Positions 28,248-38,511 of a DNA stretch of 64,000 nt are shown in pieces. Below the pieces are notes generated by a model. It searched no databases and was not told the DNA's origin. It was given only the letters and a program-made list of their open reading frames with translations. The first letter of the stretch is position 1, and every line of letters starts with the position of its first letter. Source of the stretch: an uncultured cyanobacterium (lineage in GTDB: Bacteria; Cyanobacteriota; Cyanobacteriia; CAKZMO01); NCBI GenBank assembly GCA_963719515.1, contig CAVRCJ010000015.1, forward strand, positions 32,001-96,000, in the 5' to 3' direction. Both the position numbers and the translations under genes were made by a program.

Positions 28248-29087
28248 ATGTTTGACCTTTCGCGTAAGCGCTTCCTTCGCCAGGCGGCTCTGGGACTAGG
28301 AACAGTAATGCTAGTGGCCGCCTGCGGTGGCGAGACTACAGATACTGCAGAGACCGGGGAGTCTGCTGAGCAAGCCGCCGAATCGGGGGGCACCCTGGTG
28401 GTAGCCACGGAACCCGCCTTTCCCCCCTTCGAATTTCAGGCCGATGACGGCAGCTTTACCGGTTTTGACATCGATCTGATGAACGCCATTGGCGAGGCAG
28501 CAGGGGTAGAGATCGAGTACGAGAGCCTCCCCTTTGACGGCATCATTCCCGCCCTGCAGGCGGGCACCGTGGATGCGGCCATCAGCGCCATGACCATCAC
28601 TGAAGAGCGGGCAGAGGTGGTGAACTTCTCTCGGCCCTACTTCAAAGCCGGTTTGGCGATCGCCGTTGCAGAAGACAATGCAGAAATCGCCTCCGTTGAC
28701 GATCTAGAAGGCAAAACCATCGCCGTTCAGATTGGCACCACCGGGGCCGATCTGGCCAACAGCATTGAGGGCACCACGGTCAGCACCTTCGACTCCGCGC
28801 CGCTGGCCCTACAGGAGTTAGCCAACGGTAACGCCGATGCAGTAATTAACGACGCCCCTGTCACCCTAGATGCCATCAACGGCGGCAATATCAGCGGCCT
28901 CAAGGTGGTAGGCGAGCTGGTGACCGAAGAGTACTACGGCATCCCCACCCCGCAAAACGCGGATACGGTAGAAACGATCAACGAAGGACTCGCGACAATT
29001 ATCGAAAACGGCACCTACGCCGAAATTTACCAAACCTGGTTCGGCGCTGAGCCGCCCGAGCTGCCGGAAGAAGTCCCTGCCTCTTAA
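28248..29087 (+). CDS. Polar amino-acid ABC transporter substrate-binding lipoprotein
   Basis: Signal peptide with LVAAC lipobox; ATEPAFPPFEF, GFDIDL, FDGIIPALQ and ITEER..VVNFSRPY. Confidence 0.93.
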   Translation: MFDLSRKRFLRQAALGLGTVMLVAACGGETTDTAETGESAEQAAESGGTLVVATEPAFPPFEFQADDGSFTGFDIDLMNAIGEAAGVEIEYESLPFDGIIPALQAGTVDAAISAMTITEERAEVVNFSRPYFKAGLAIAVAEDNAEIASVDDLEGKTIAVQIGTTGADLANSIEGTTVSTFDSAPLALQELANGNADAVINDAPVTLDAINGGNISGLKVVGELVTEEYYGIPTPQNADTVETINEGLATIIENGTYAEIYQTWFGAEPPELPEEVPAS

Positions 29088-29116
29088 CGTGTTTCTCCTC
29101 CCGCAATTTCCCTCCC

Positions 29117-29869
29117 TTGTTGAAATTGCGGGAGAACGTCCCTATAGCTGCGAGTACCGAACCAGTGTCTTTCGAAGCGATCGCCCAAGCCATGCCAACG
29201 CTCTTAATTGGGGCGCTGGTGACCATTCAAATTACGGCCCTGTCTATTCTATTCGGCATGATTGGCGGCTCCCTTTTAGGGATTGCCCGCCTGTCGCCCC
29301 TCCGCCCCATCCGGCTGTTTGCCCGCGTCTACATCGACTTTTTTCGCGGGACGCCGCTGCTGGTGCAGATTTTCATGATCTACTTTGGCCTGCCAGCGCT
29401 GCTGCAAAGTTTGGGGAGCGACTTTCGTCTCGGTCGCCTGTTCGCCGCCGTGCTGGCCCTCACCCTCAACAGTTCCGCCTACATCGCCGAAATTGTTCGA
29501 GCGGGCATTCAGTCCATTGAGCTAGGTCAAAAAGAAGCCTCAGAATCTCTGGGGTTAGGGCCGGTGCAAACCATGCAGTACGTCATCTTTCCCCAGGCGT
29601 TCCGCCGCATGATTCCGCCTTTGGGCAACGAATTTATTACCCTGCTGAAGGATACCAGCCTGGTGGCGGTAATTGGCTATGAGGAGCTGTTCCGTCGGGG
29701 GCAGCTGATTGTGGCCCAGACCTACCGCGCGTTTGAGATCTATGTGGCGGTGGCGCTGGTGTATCTGGCCCTGACGCTGCTATTCTCCCAAGGGTTTAGT
29801 TTCCTAGAGTGGTGGATGAATCCGGTGGCGCGGCAAAAAGCGTCGTCGGTGAAGACACAGGAAACTTGA
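29117..29869 (+). CDS. Polar amino-acid ABC transporter permease
   Basis: YIDFFRGTPLLVQ, SAYIAEIVRAGIQSI..GQ.EA..SLG and NEFITLLKDTSL. Start uncertain. Confidence 0.92.
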   Translation: MLKLRENVPIAASTEPVSFEAIAQAMPTLLIGALVTIQITALSILFGMIGGSLLGIARLSPLRPIRLFARVYIDFFRGTPLLVQIFMIYFGLPALLQSLGSDFRLGRLFAAVLALTLNSSAYIAEIVRAGIQSIELGQKEASESLGLGPVQTMQYVIFPQAFRRMIPPLGNEFITLLKDTSLVAVIGYEELFRRGQLIVAQTYRAFEIYVAVALVYLALTLLFSQGFSFLEWWMNPVARQKASSVKTQET

Positions 29870-29889
29870 CTACTGCCGCCGCAGGTCGC

Positions 29890-31380
29890 CTACCGGCGAG
29901 CAGGTCGAATGCTCGTCCTCAGTCGCGATCGCAGCTCATACTTAATGCGGTTAAGGATAGAGGCCTCATCCAGCGACTGGATAATTTCATTGGCCACCGC
30001 CTTCGGCCCTTGTGGTCCCCAAGATGCGCCGTTTGCCAGGTAAGTCTTTGCGGCTTGGCCAATGGTGTAGGTCATCACCCCAGCGATGCTCGCCTGGGTC
30101 ACCGCTACCGAGAGATAGGGAGCCACCGCCCAGCCTCCCGTCGCGGGAATCGACAGCCCCAGCACGCTCTTTAGCGAGCCTAAGCCCACGGTGGCGGCCA
30201 CCTCACCCGCCATAATGCCCCCCAAATTCAGAGCGATTTGCCGCAGCAGCCGCGCTGCGCCGCGCTCCGTCATTGAAATGCCGTACAGCCGCGACAGGGC
30301 CAATACCAAGACGCCGTCCACCACCGCACCGCTGACCACATCTACCAGGGTCACGGGGTTGGCCGCCACAGCCACCGCCTTAGTCATCACCGCTCGCCAA
30401 ATCAGCTGGTCCGCCGCGCGATCGCGAATTACCAGCTTGCGCTGCACCAGCTGCTCGTTCACCTCATCGGCGTAGATCATAGTGTTCAGGGCCACTAGCG
30501 CCTTGCCGTCCCGCTGCAGCACGTCCAAGATTTTGAGCTTCAAAGCCTCAACCTGGGGGGCTCCCCGCTGACGGTGGAGGTGGAGGGTACCGTCGGCGTC
30601 ACGGGTCGCCTTAGTCTCCAGAGGAGCCGCTGCCGCCATCACAATCTCATCAGCCGAAACCAGCTCCCGCAGCCGCCGATCCCGCAGGGTCTGGTAGAGG
30701 GTATCTCGGTCCGCCTCGGGGTATTGATCCACCTTATTGAGCACTACAAGTATGGGCTTGCTGGCCTCCCGCAGGGTGCAGAGCGCTTGGTACTCCACTT
30801 GGTTGATGTCCCCAGCTACCACGAACAAGATTAGGTCTACCCGGCGGGCCACGGCAAGGGCGATCGCGTCCCGCTCTTCCCCAGACACTTCGTCTAGGCC
30901 AGGGGTGTCGATCAGCTCCAGCCGCGATCGTCCCTGCCCCCCCACCGCCACCCGCAGTAGGTCGCGCCCACCCTCTACCCAAGTCTCGTCCACTGTCCAG
31001 GCGGCGCGCTCTACGAGCTGGGTAACGCCATGCAGCGGCCCGGTTTGAAATACCGCCTGTCCCAGCAGCGCATTGAGCAGTGAAGACTTCCCCCGCCCCA
31101 CCAGGCCAAACACCGCAATTTGCACCACTCCCTGGTCCAGCCGGTGCAGCATTGTCTGCAGGTGGTCAATATCGGCCTGCAGCCCCTCCGCTTCCTCCGC
31201 GGAGAGATCTAGCTGGTCCAGCAGGTGCTCCAGCGTCGCCTGAGCCGCCTGATAGCTAATCTCCGCCTGCATCTGGTCCAGGCTAGCGATCGCTTCGTCA
31301 AGGTCATTTTCTAGGGTCGAGGGGCGATCGCCTGCAGAGCTGGGGTCACTGGGCTTACTGGGGGCTGTCATAATCGGCAA
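29890..31380 (-). CDS. GTP-binding protein with DUF697 (YcjF-like) C-terminal domain
   Basis: GLVGRGKSS (G1), DTPG (G3), NKVD (G4) and a hydrophobic C-terminal region. Confidence 0.9.
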   Translation of the reverse strand: MPIMTAPSKPSDPSSAGDRPSTLENDLDEAIASLDQMQAEISYQAAQATLEHLLDQLDLSAEEAEGLQADIDHLQTMLHRLDQGVVQIAVFGLVGRGKSSLLNALLGQAVFQTGPLHGVTQLVERAAWTVDETWVEGGRDLLRVAVGGQGRSRLELIDTPGLDEVSGEERDAIALAVARRVDLILFVVAGDINQVEYQALCTLREASKPILVVLNKVDQYPEADRDTLYQTLRDRRLRELVSADEIVMAAAAPLETKATRDADGTLHLHRQRGAPQVEALKLKILDVLQRDGKALVALNTMIYADEVNEQLVQRKLVIRDRAADQLIWRAVMTKAVAVAANPVTLVDVVSGAVVDGVLVLALSRLYGISMTERGAARLLRQIALNLGGIMAGEVAATVGLGSLKSVLGLSIPATGGWAVAPYLSVAVTQASIAGVMTYTIGQAAKTYLANGASWGPQGPKAVANEIIQSLDEASILNRIKYELRSRLRTSIRPARR

Positions 31381-31447
31381 TAGTCACTCACACTGATGAC
31401 TCGCAATAGTCGCTCGCACCGAGCAACAGTAATCGATGGCCAAAACC

Positions 31448-32614
31448 TCAGGAACCCGGCATGGCCCCAAACTGATTGCCAAATGGCGTTCGATCGACAT
31501 GCTCATGTAGGACATGGCTGTATTTGTAAAGCGGCTCCCCTTCCGGAGAACTGAGCCGCTCGGGCAGTCCGCTGCGACCGGCGTCGAAGTCGCAGCTGCG
31601 GGCCTCTTGGTTGCACTGGGTTATGGTGTCCATCGTAGCGGAATCCCAAGCCGCGATGTAGTCCGCGTGGAGCGACTGCCCCTGCGCTACGCCCTGTTCT
31701 ACATCGGAAGAGAGATACCAATCGTCTCCCGCCACGGTGGGGTCATAGGTCACCATCAGGGTCATGGTGGGGAGGCGATAGGGATGGGAGGCGGGGCATC
31801 CGTTGGCGGTGGCGTCAGGGCCGCCGGAATAGGCGACATGGCTGTTAACCTCGGACGCGTCGTCAGAGGCAGGGCGGCGGGACAGCTCCCGGAACGTCAG
31901 GACGGGCTCGCCCGTAGAGTCGCCGCTGCCCGTAGCCACGCAGTTGGGAAACTGCATCGAGAATTTTAGCGTTGGTTTGCCGTCGTGGGTTTTGGTTTCA
32001 AACTTAATTTGACCGCTAGCGTTCAGCGTCGCATCGCTCGCTAACATCTGCAGCCCGTTGGGAACCGTCTGGATTTGGTCGTAGTTGAAGTCAGGGCCGC
32101 TAAAGGTCTTGTAGTAAATCCAGGCGGACTCTGGCACAACCAGCTCGCCCTCGCCGTTAAATAGGGCCGGCATCCAGTAGGAAGACCGAGAATGGATGCC
32201 CCCTTCGCAGCTTGAGCCGCCGCTCTCTCGCAGGGAGTTTGAGGTGCTAAAGGGACTGATGTCCGTGTTGCCAATAAACAGGTGGAGGTGCGACTTGTTC
32301 GGCTGATTGGGAAAGATTACCGGGTCGAAGTATCCCCAGCCCGCAACAGGGCAGTAAATGCGAACGCCGTGGCCGCTGCGGGAGGTGACCTCGCCCAAAG
32401 GAAGTTCAGAGGCGGCTGTGGTCCCCTGAGTAAATTGAATCAGCCCGCTATCGGCGGCGCAAAGCGGCAGCGTATTGCAGAGCTGCGCCGCTTGATTGGT
32501 GGCGTTGGGAATTACCCAGGCGCTGAGCACCGCGATTAACAGGGCCAACGCTGCGTGAAGAAGAGGTTTACGGGTCATGTTGGGGGGTGCGATGAAGGGC
32601 CGAGTGGGATGCAC
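31448..32614 (-). CDS. Secreted DUF1996-domain protein
   Basis: Signal-like N-terminus; DPVIFP....SHLHLFIGN, SSYWMPAL, FPNC, CPASHP..LP and SLHADYI..WD. Start may be at the later MTRK. Confidence 0.82.
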   Translation of the reverse strand: MHPTRPFIAPPNMTRKPLLHAALALLIAVLSAWVIPNATNQAAQLCNTLPLCAADSGLIQFTQGTTAASELPLGEVTSRSGHGVRIYCPVAGWGYFDPVIFPNQPNKSHLHLFIGNTDISPFSTSNSLRESGGSSCEGGIHSRSSYWMPALFNGEGELVVPESAWIYYKTFSGPDFNYDQIQTVPNGLQMLASDATLNASGQIKFETKTHDGKPTLKFSMQFPNCVATGSGDSTGEPVLTFRELSRRPASDDASEVNSHVAYSGGPDATANGCPASHPYRLPTMTLMVTYDPTVAGDDWYLSSDVEQGVAQGQSLHADYIAAWDSATMDTITQCNQEARSCDFDAGRSGLPERLSSPEGEPLYKYSHVLHEHVDRTPFGNQFGAMPGS

Positions 32615-32665
32615 CTCACAGCCGCTGGCGATCGCCGTCCTCTCCGTTGTAGCTCACGTCAGCGG

Positions 32666-33736
32666 CTACAGGCTACCCCGCTTCATTTGCTCACGCTCCA
32701 TAGCCTCAAATAGCGCCTGAAAGTTCCCTTCGCCAAACCCCTCGGCCCGCTGCAGGGCTCCCTGGAGATCGTAGGTTTGGCGCTGAATTAGCTCGAAGAA
32801 AAACGTCGGCTCATGGAAAATAGGCTGAGTAAAGGTCTGCAGCAGCAGCGTCTGGGGGCGATCGCGCTGCCAATCCACCAAAACTTCCTGCTGGGCGATC
32901 GCGTCCCGCTGGGCGGGGGACAGGGAGAATCCAGCCCGCTCGGGGAGCGTCTCGTAGTACGCATTGGGCACCGCCAAAAACTTCAGCCCCTGCTGGCGCA
33001 GCTGGCGAACCAGGGTCACAATATTGGAGGTCTGCAGCGCGATATGCTGAATGCCTGTCCCCCGATTCACCTCCAGAAACTCTTGAATTTGAGAGGTGGG
33101 CGAAGTGGGTTCGTTGATGGGAAGCTGCAGGTTGCCTGCCGGGTGCTTTAGCACCTGACTATAGAGCGCCGAACGCTCGGTTTGAATCGCAAAGCTTTGA
33201 TGGCGGCGGAAGCCAAACGCCGCTTCGTACCACGCGACCGCCGAGGCCATTTCTCCTTGAGGCACGTTGAGCACCGCATGGTCAATGGCGGCAATCTGAG
33301 CCGGCGGGGCCGCAGCAGGCGGCAGCAGGTGCTTTGCCTCAATTAAAGTATGTCGCAGCGGCCCCCACCCTGAAACGCGGGTCCACCGGCACAGCCCTTG
33401 ATCGGTAATAGCGGCCTTGATTGGGCTGAATACTTTCGCGCCCTGAGCCGTAGCCGCAGACAGCACTACCTCTAAGCGGTCTACGAGGAACGCTAAATCG
33501 GCAACGCCGGAGGGATGCTGGCGGAGATAATTTGCGGCTGGACTCTCACTGCCCAGTGGAGACGAGAGCACGATGCACATCGCGCCAGAGCGCACTGCCC
33601 TAGTAAGGGTTTGGGGCTGACCGATGAAGGGAATGAACTGACTCTCGGGGGCCGCCTCAAAACTCAAATAGTGAATAAACCAGCGCTGCCATACGGCGGC
33701 ATCGTCAACGTAGAAATGAACGTGACTGAAGTTCAT
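32666..33736 (-). CDS. hppD: 4-hydroxyphenylpyruvate dioxygenase
   Basis: IDHAVLNV, PINEP...SQIQEFL...G.GIQHIAL, LLQTFT.P...PTFFFELIQR and GFGEGNFQALFEA. Confidence 0.95.
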   Translation of the reverse strand: MNFSHVHFYVDDAAVWQRWFIHYLSFEAAPESQFIPFIGQPQTLTRAVRSGAMCIVLSSPLGSESPAANYLRQHPSGVADLAFLVDRLEVVLSAATAQGAKVFSPIKAAITDQGLCRWTRVSGWGPLRHTLIEAKHLLPPAAAPPAQIAAIDHAVLNVPQGEMASAVAWYEAAFGFRRHQSFAIQTERSALYSQVLKHPAGNLQLPINEPTSPTSQIQEFLEVNRGTGIQHIALQTSNIVTLVRQLRQQGLKFLAVPNAYYETLPERAGFSLSPAQRDAIAQQEVLVDWQRDRPQTLLLQTFTQPIFHEPTFFFELIQRQTYDLQGALQRAEGFGEGNFQALFEAMEREQMKRGSL

Positions 33737-33765
33737 GCGACATCGATAGTGGGGCCGTTCAGATC

Positions 33766-34299
33766 TTAGCGCCCAGACCCCAATTCGCCAGGGCTGCCCG
33801 GCTCCGGCTGAACAAACTGAACCGGGCGCTGTCCCGGCACGGCCTGGTTGCCCAGCTCCCGCTGGTTAATGAGCGATCGCTGTGGATCGAAATAGGTGTT
33901 GAAGTTTTGCCGTAGATCGCCGACGCGCTGGTCCAAGGCATCAACTTCAGACTGCAGCACCTGGAGCTTTGCGCGCTGGGCAATGTGGTGGGGAACCAGC
34001 TTGACAATGGCGGCGGTGGCGGCAGCGACGATCACAAGATTGACGCTCAGCAGGATGCCCATTTCTAGCGCGATGCCCCGCTGCCTAATCTGCACCCTCG
34101 ATGAGTGCTGTCGCCCCCTGGGCTGAGGCTTGAGGGGACGCCGGGCAGGCTGATGCGTCTTGGATTGACGTGTATTGGATTGGGGCGCGTTATACTGGGG
34201 CGCGTTATACTGGGGCGCATTGGATTGACGTGCCGCAGGCTGATGCGGCGTGGCGCGTTGGGGGGAGGAAGATCGCTTTCGCCGAGGAGCCGCAGACAT
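33766..34299 (-). CDS. Hypothetical bitopic membrane protein with coiled coil (FtsB/FtsL-like architecture)
   Basis: Basic disordered N-terminus with NAPQ(Y/S) repeats, one TM segment, then a coiled coil ending in YFDP. Confidence 0.65.
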   Translation of the reverse strand: MSAAPRRKRSSSPQRATPHQPAARQSNAPQYNAPQYNAPQSNTRQSKTHQPARRPLKPQPRGRQHSSRVQIRQRGIALEMGILLSVNLVIVAAATAAIVKLVPHHIAQRAKLQVLQSEVDALDQRVGDLRQNFNTYFDPQRSLINQRELGNQAVPGQRPVQFVQPEPGSPGELGSGR

Positions 34300-34892
34300 A
34301 AGCGTTTGACCAGTTTGACTGACGGTACGGTACAGAGGGCTGAATGAGCTTAGGCTTACAGGATAGGCTTACAGGGTATACCAAAACTAGCCTAAAAATC
34401 GGAGAGGGAGCGCCCTGCTAGACAGGGCACTCCTTCAAACAGACTGTGCTGCCTTAGCGGCTTACTTGTAAAGTTCGGTAGACAGACGGAAGGCAAGGAT
34501 GCCGGGGATAAGGGCGACAGCAAGCGCAGCAAGAATTTGGGTATCGGATAGAGACATAGCTTAAACACTCCAAAGTTATCTAATAGTATTAGTATCACTA
34601 ATCGGCATCTTGCTCGCCACCTCAAACCTGCTGCGAGGAACAAAGCACCAATTCTCCCTAATTTCATCTAATCTGCGATCGCACGGACCGTTTTGTTACA
34701 GTCCTTAATAGAAGTCGAGCCGTCACGGGCCGCATAAGCCAACGGCGCGACGACAATCTATTGCTCTTGAAGGAGTTTATATTTGGCTATTTGAGGCTTA
34801 GAGCCGATTTATGAGTCACCTGAAAGGGGGATGTGAGGTAGGTTACACCGCTAGTCAGCGCGGTAATGCTTCAATAGAAAAACAATTTTTGA

Positions 34893-35627
34893 GTGAAGAC
34901 GACGCTTCCGCATAGTCAGAACAGTCAAAATCAGACCTCAGCGAGTACAACGATAACCAGCGTGATTGTTCCATCAAACGAGTCAAAACCTACTCGGTTA
35001 GAGTTTGACCGCCAGGTCCGTCGAATACAGCGTGACGTCTTGCGTATGGGGGCCCTAGTCGAAAGTTCGTTTTGGCTGGCCTGTCAGGCCCTATTTGAGC
35101 GCAATTTAGCGGCGGTAGATCAGATCAAAGTTCAAGAAAAGCATATTGACGAGTTCTACCGGCAAATTGAGGTGGACTGCATCAATTTGATGGGGCTTCA
35201 GGCTCCGGTCAGCCGAGATTTACGGCTGCTTAGCGCCATCATGCAGCTGGTGCGAGATTTAGAGCGAATCGGTGACTATGCCGATGACTTGGGCGAAATT
35301 TCGCTCAAACTCCTTCCCTATCCCCCCCATGCGGTCTTGTCTAAGATTCAGGTCATGGCCAATCGGTGTCGCGCCATGCTGGCGATGAGTTTAGCGGCTC
35401 TCTCTGACCTCGACGCCGAGTCGGGGCTAGATTTAAAGGTGGAGGACGATAGAGTTGATGACGACTACGATACCCTCTACGATGAACTTGCCAACCAGCG
35501 CGATATTAAGGGCACTATTGAACCTATTATTTTGATGGTGCTGGTCATCCGGCATTTAGAGAGAATGGCAGACCACGCAACCAACATCGGTAGGCGGGTC
35601 GCCTATGTGGTCACAGGCCAGCGCTAA
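34893..35627 (+). CDS. phoU: Phosphate signalling complex protein PhoU
   Basis: LQAPVSRDLR, RDLERIGDYA, DDRVD and LERMADHATNI. Start uncertain. Confidence 0.95.
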   Translation: MKTTLPHSQNSQNQTSASTTITSVIVPSNESKPTRLEFDRQVRRIQRDVLRMGALVESSFWLACQALFERNLAAVDQIKVQEKHIDEFYRQIEVDCINLMGLQAPVSRDLRLLSAIMQLVRDLERIGDYADDLGEISLKLLPYPPHAVLSKIQVMANRCRAMLAMSLAALSDLDAESGLDLKVEDDRVDDDYDTLYDELANQRDIKGTIEPIILMVLVIRHLERMADHATNIGRRVAYVVTGQR

Positions 35628-35955
35628 ACGGCTTCAGCTGGCTCAATTCTGGAGGCGATCGCCTTCCAAATGGCCAAGATTTCTATCCATACCTCATGGT
35701 TTGGTGGGCAAAACTTGTGCGCTCGTCGCAGAACATGGCTAAAATAGAGTGCTTGTCTTCATGGTGACGTCGAGAACGATGGCGTTGAGATTGCAGGCGT
35801 AGCTTGAGTAACGATACCGATCAGCGAGATGACGTGTTTCACGAATAGGGTGGACGATACCGCAGTCTTTTGCATCTACCCCATTCACGTTGCGCTGAAT
35901 TGAGAGAACTGATCCACAGACAATTTTCAAGGATTATCTAAGGAACGAGCGCCAC

Positions 35956-38415
35956 ATGAACTTTTCGATTGCAACGCTGTTAGCCAACTTTACAGATGAC
36001 AAGCTAGTTGCCCCCAAGGCGTTAGAGAAAAAGCTCAACTGTGAAGGAGATGAGAGCGCCCGTAAGCTACAGATTGCACTAGATGCCCTAGAAAAGATTG
36101 AAATTTTGAGCAAGGAGCGGGGGCGCTACCGGCGCAACGTTCAAGAAGACCTGATTGAAGGTAAGCTGCGCTGCTCAAGCAAAGGCTTTTGCTTCGCCAT
36201 TCAAAGCGATGAGACCTCAGAAGACATCTACATTCGCGAAAGTCAGCTGAACACGGCCTGGAACGGCGACTATGTTTTGGTGAAGGTCACCAAAGACGGC
36301 ACCCGTCGCCGCAGCCCTGAAGGAGAGGTGAAGCTGATTTTGGAGCGGGCCAATCAGTCCGTTTTGGGACGCGTCAAGCAGGTCGAAGAGAGCTTCCAGG
36401 CGGTGCCATTAGACGATCGCCTCCTGTTTGAGCTAGACCTAAAGCCCAACGGTACGGCGCTAGAGGAATCGGTTGACAAGCTGGTGCACGTCGAGATTTT
36501 GCGCTATCCGCTGGGTCAGAATCCTCCCTTGGGTCGAGTAGCGCAGGTCTTGGGCATTGACGCCGAAACCGCCTCGGATATCGATATCGTACGCTGCAAG
36601 CATGACCTGCCGCGCGGGTTCTCGGAGGAGGCTGACCGCGAGGCGAAGAAGCTGCCCACGAAGCTGCGCAAGAGTGACCAGACCGGACGGTTGGACCTGA
36701 GGGAGCTGCCCACCGTGCGCATCTCCGGCCCCCACGTCACCGATAACCCCGCCCTAGACGATGCCCTGTCCGTACAGGTTTTAGACGATGAGCGCTGGCA
36801 GGTGGGGGTGCATATTGCCGATATCTCTCACTACATCGAGCCTGACTCGGCGCTAGACCAAGAGGCGCGATCGCGGGGCACTTCGATCCATCTAGGCGAG
36901 ACGGTGCTGCCGCTGTTGCCCGAGCTAGTGTATCGCCGCTGCTCGCTGACCCCCGAGAGCGATCGCCTCACCATATCCGTACTGATTACCCTCGACAGCG
37001 AGGGGAACGTAGTTGAGTTTGAAATTCAGCCCACTATTATCAACGTCAACTACGAGATCGATTACCTGCAGGCCCAGGCCATTATTGAGCGGGATGCACC
37101 GTCCCCCCAAGGCACCGCGCAGGACGGCACCGATGGGCAAGATAGCGCCGGCGATGACGGAGAGGCTGCGCCCAGGCCTTACCAGCTGCCTACCCTAGAA
37201 GACATCAAGCCCTTCGAGCCCGTCTTTTCCGTGCTCGACCAGCTGATGGCTCTCAGCAAGGCTGTTGCAGAGCAGCGTCACCAGCGGGGAGCCTTTGAGC
37301 TAAACCTGCCGGAGAAGCTCTTGCCGGAGACCTCAGATACTGGTCTCGGGAAGTACTTTTCCACCAAGTTTGAGTACGACGACGAAGGGGCGCTGGGGGC
37401 CATGGTGGTCTCCTCCCTGCTGCCCGCTCGCTCGATTGTCATTGAGCTGATGATTTTGGCCAACCAGCTGGTAGCCTCTCACCTCCAGGCGCTTGAGGTG
37501 CCTACGATCTACCGGGTGCACCGGGCTCCTGACCCCGCCAACGTCCAAGAGCTGCTCAAGCTAGTGGGCAATATGGACATTGACCCCACTCTAGAGCAGG
37601 AAGATCGGGTGCAGCCCCGGGACTACCGGCGCTTGACCCAGCAGTTTGCCCAGTCTCAGGCCGAAAAGGTGCTGACCTACCTGCTGCTCGACACCCTAAA
37701 GCCCGCCAACTACAGCGTTAAGCCTGGCCCCCACTTCGGCCTTGCCCTCGACGACGGCTACACTCACTTCACCTCTCCTCTACGGCGCTACCCCGACCTA
37801 TTGGTCCACCGGGTGCTGCACGCGATCTTTTCCCAAGGCCGCGATCGCCGCTCTGCCCGCTCTAAAGAGCGAGTGAATCTGCGCCACTCATCTTGCCACG
37901 GTAAGGTGAGCTGGAACGTGCTGCCCACCAAGCGACAGGGCGAGCTTGAAGAGATGTTTGTCGCCGTAGTCGGCCATCTCACCGACCAAGAGCGCAAAGC
38001 GCAGGACGCCGAGGCGGACCTAGAGGGCCTCAAAAAGGCCGAGTTCATGCAGCAGCACACCGGCTCTTCCTTCCACGGTTTGATCACTGGGGTGCAGTCC
38101 TACGGCTTCTTCGTGGAAATCGAAGAGCTGCTGGTAGAAGGCTTAGTACATGTCAGCTCCCTCAAAGATGACTGGTACGAATACCGCTCTCGCCAGCAAA
38201 AGCTGGTGGGCCGCAAAAATCGCAAGCAGTACCGCCTGGGCGATCGCGTTGAGGTGCAGGTGAAGAGCGTTGACTACTATCGCCAGCAGATTGACCTGGT
38301 GGCCGTGGGCGGCGGCAGCGAGGCAGCGGAAGGCGACCTAGAGGACGATGAGTTCGATGAGGATGGCAACGGCCAGAATGACGGTGACGACGGCGACAAC
38401 GGCTACGAGGATTAG
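35956..38415 (+). CDS. rnr: Ribonuclease R/II family exoribonuclease (cyanobacterial Zam-like)
   Basis: Cold-shock domains, LDDALS, VHIAD, IEL.MILAN, YTHFTSPLRRYPDL and a C-terminal S1 domain. Confidence 0.92.
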   Translation: MNFSIATLLANFTDDKLVAPKALEKKLNCEGDESARKLQIALDALEKIEILSKERGRYRRNVQEDLIEGKLRCSSKGFCFAIQSDETSEDIYIRESQLNTAWNGDYVLVKVTKDGTRRRSPEGEVKLILERANQSVLGRVKQVEESFQAVPLDDRLLFELDLKPNGTALEESVDKLVHVEILRYPLGQNPPLGRVAQVLGIDAETASDIDIVRCKHDLPRGFSEEADREAKKLPTKLRKSDQTGRLDLRELPTVRISGPHVTDNPALDDALSVQVLDDERWQVGVHIADISHYIEPDSALDQEARSRGTSIHLGETVLPLLPELVYRRCSLTPESDRLTISVLITLDSEGNVVEFEIQPTIINVNYEIDYLQAQAIIERDAPSPQGTAQDGTDGQDSAGDDGEAAPRPYQLPTLEDIKPFEPVFSVLDQLMALSKAVAEQRHQRGAFELNLPEKLLPETSDTGLGKYFSTKFEYDDEGALGAMVVSSLLPARSIVIELMILANQLVASHLQALEVPTIYRVHRAPDPANVQELLKLVGNMDIDPTLEQEDRVQPRDYRRLTQQFAQSQAEKVLTYLLLDTLKPANYSVKPGPHFGLALDDGYTHFTSPLRRYPDLLVHRVLHAIFSQGRDRRSARSKERVNLRHSSCHGKVSWNVLPTKRQGELEEMFVAVVGHLTDQERKAQDAEADLEGLKKAEFMQQHTGSSFHGLITGVQSYGFFVEIEELLVEGLVHVSSLKDDWYEYRSRQQKLVGRKNRKQYRLGDRVEVQVKSVDYYRQQIDLVAVGGGSEAAEGDLEDDEFDEDGNGQNDGDDGDNGYED

Positions 38416-38511
38416 AACCCTGTCTATTTCGTAGGCTCCGTCGAAAACCCACATTTTGTACGGACATGGCAGTGCCATGTCTCTGCGCCTGTTTAACCTA
38501 CGGACGATGCT

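Noticed and set aside
28248..29869. A single fused bgtB gene broken by an error
   Set aside because: There is a clean stop at 29087, a second in-frame stop soon after, and an intergenic hairpin, all consistent with two genes.
34300..34892. Pho box or ncRNA in the long region upstream of phoU
   Set aside because: No correctly spaced PyTTAAPyPy(T/A) tandem or convincing RNA structure was seen by eye.
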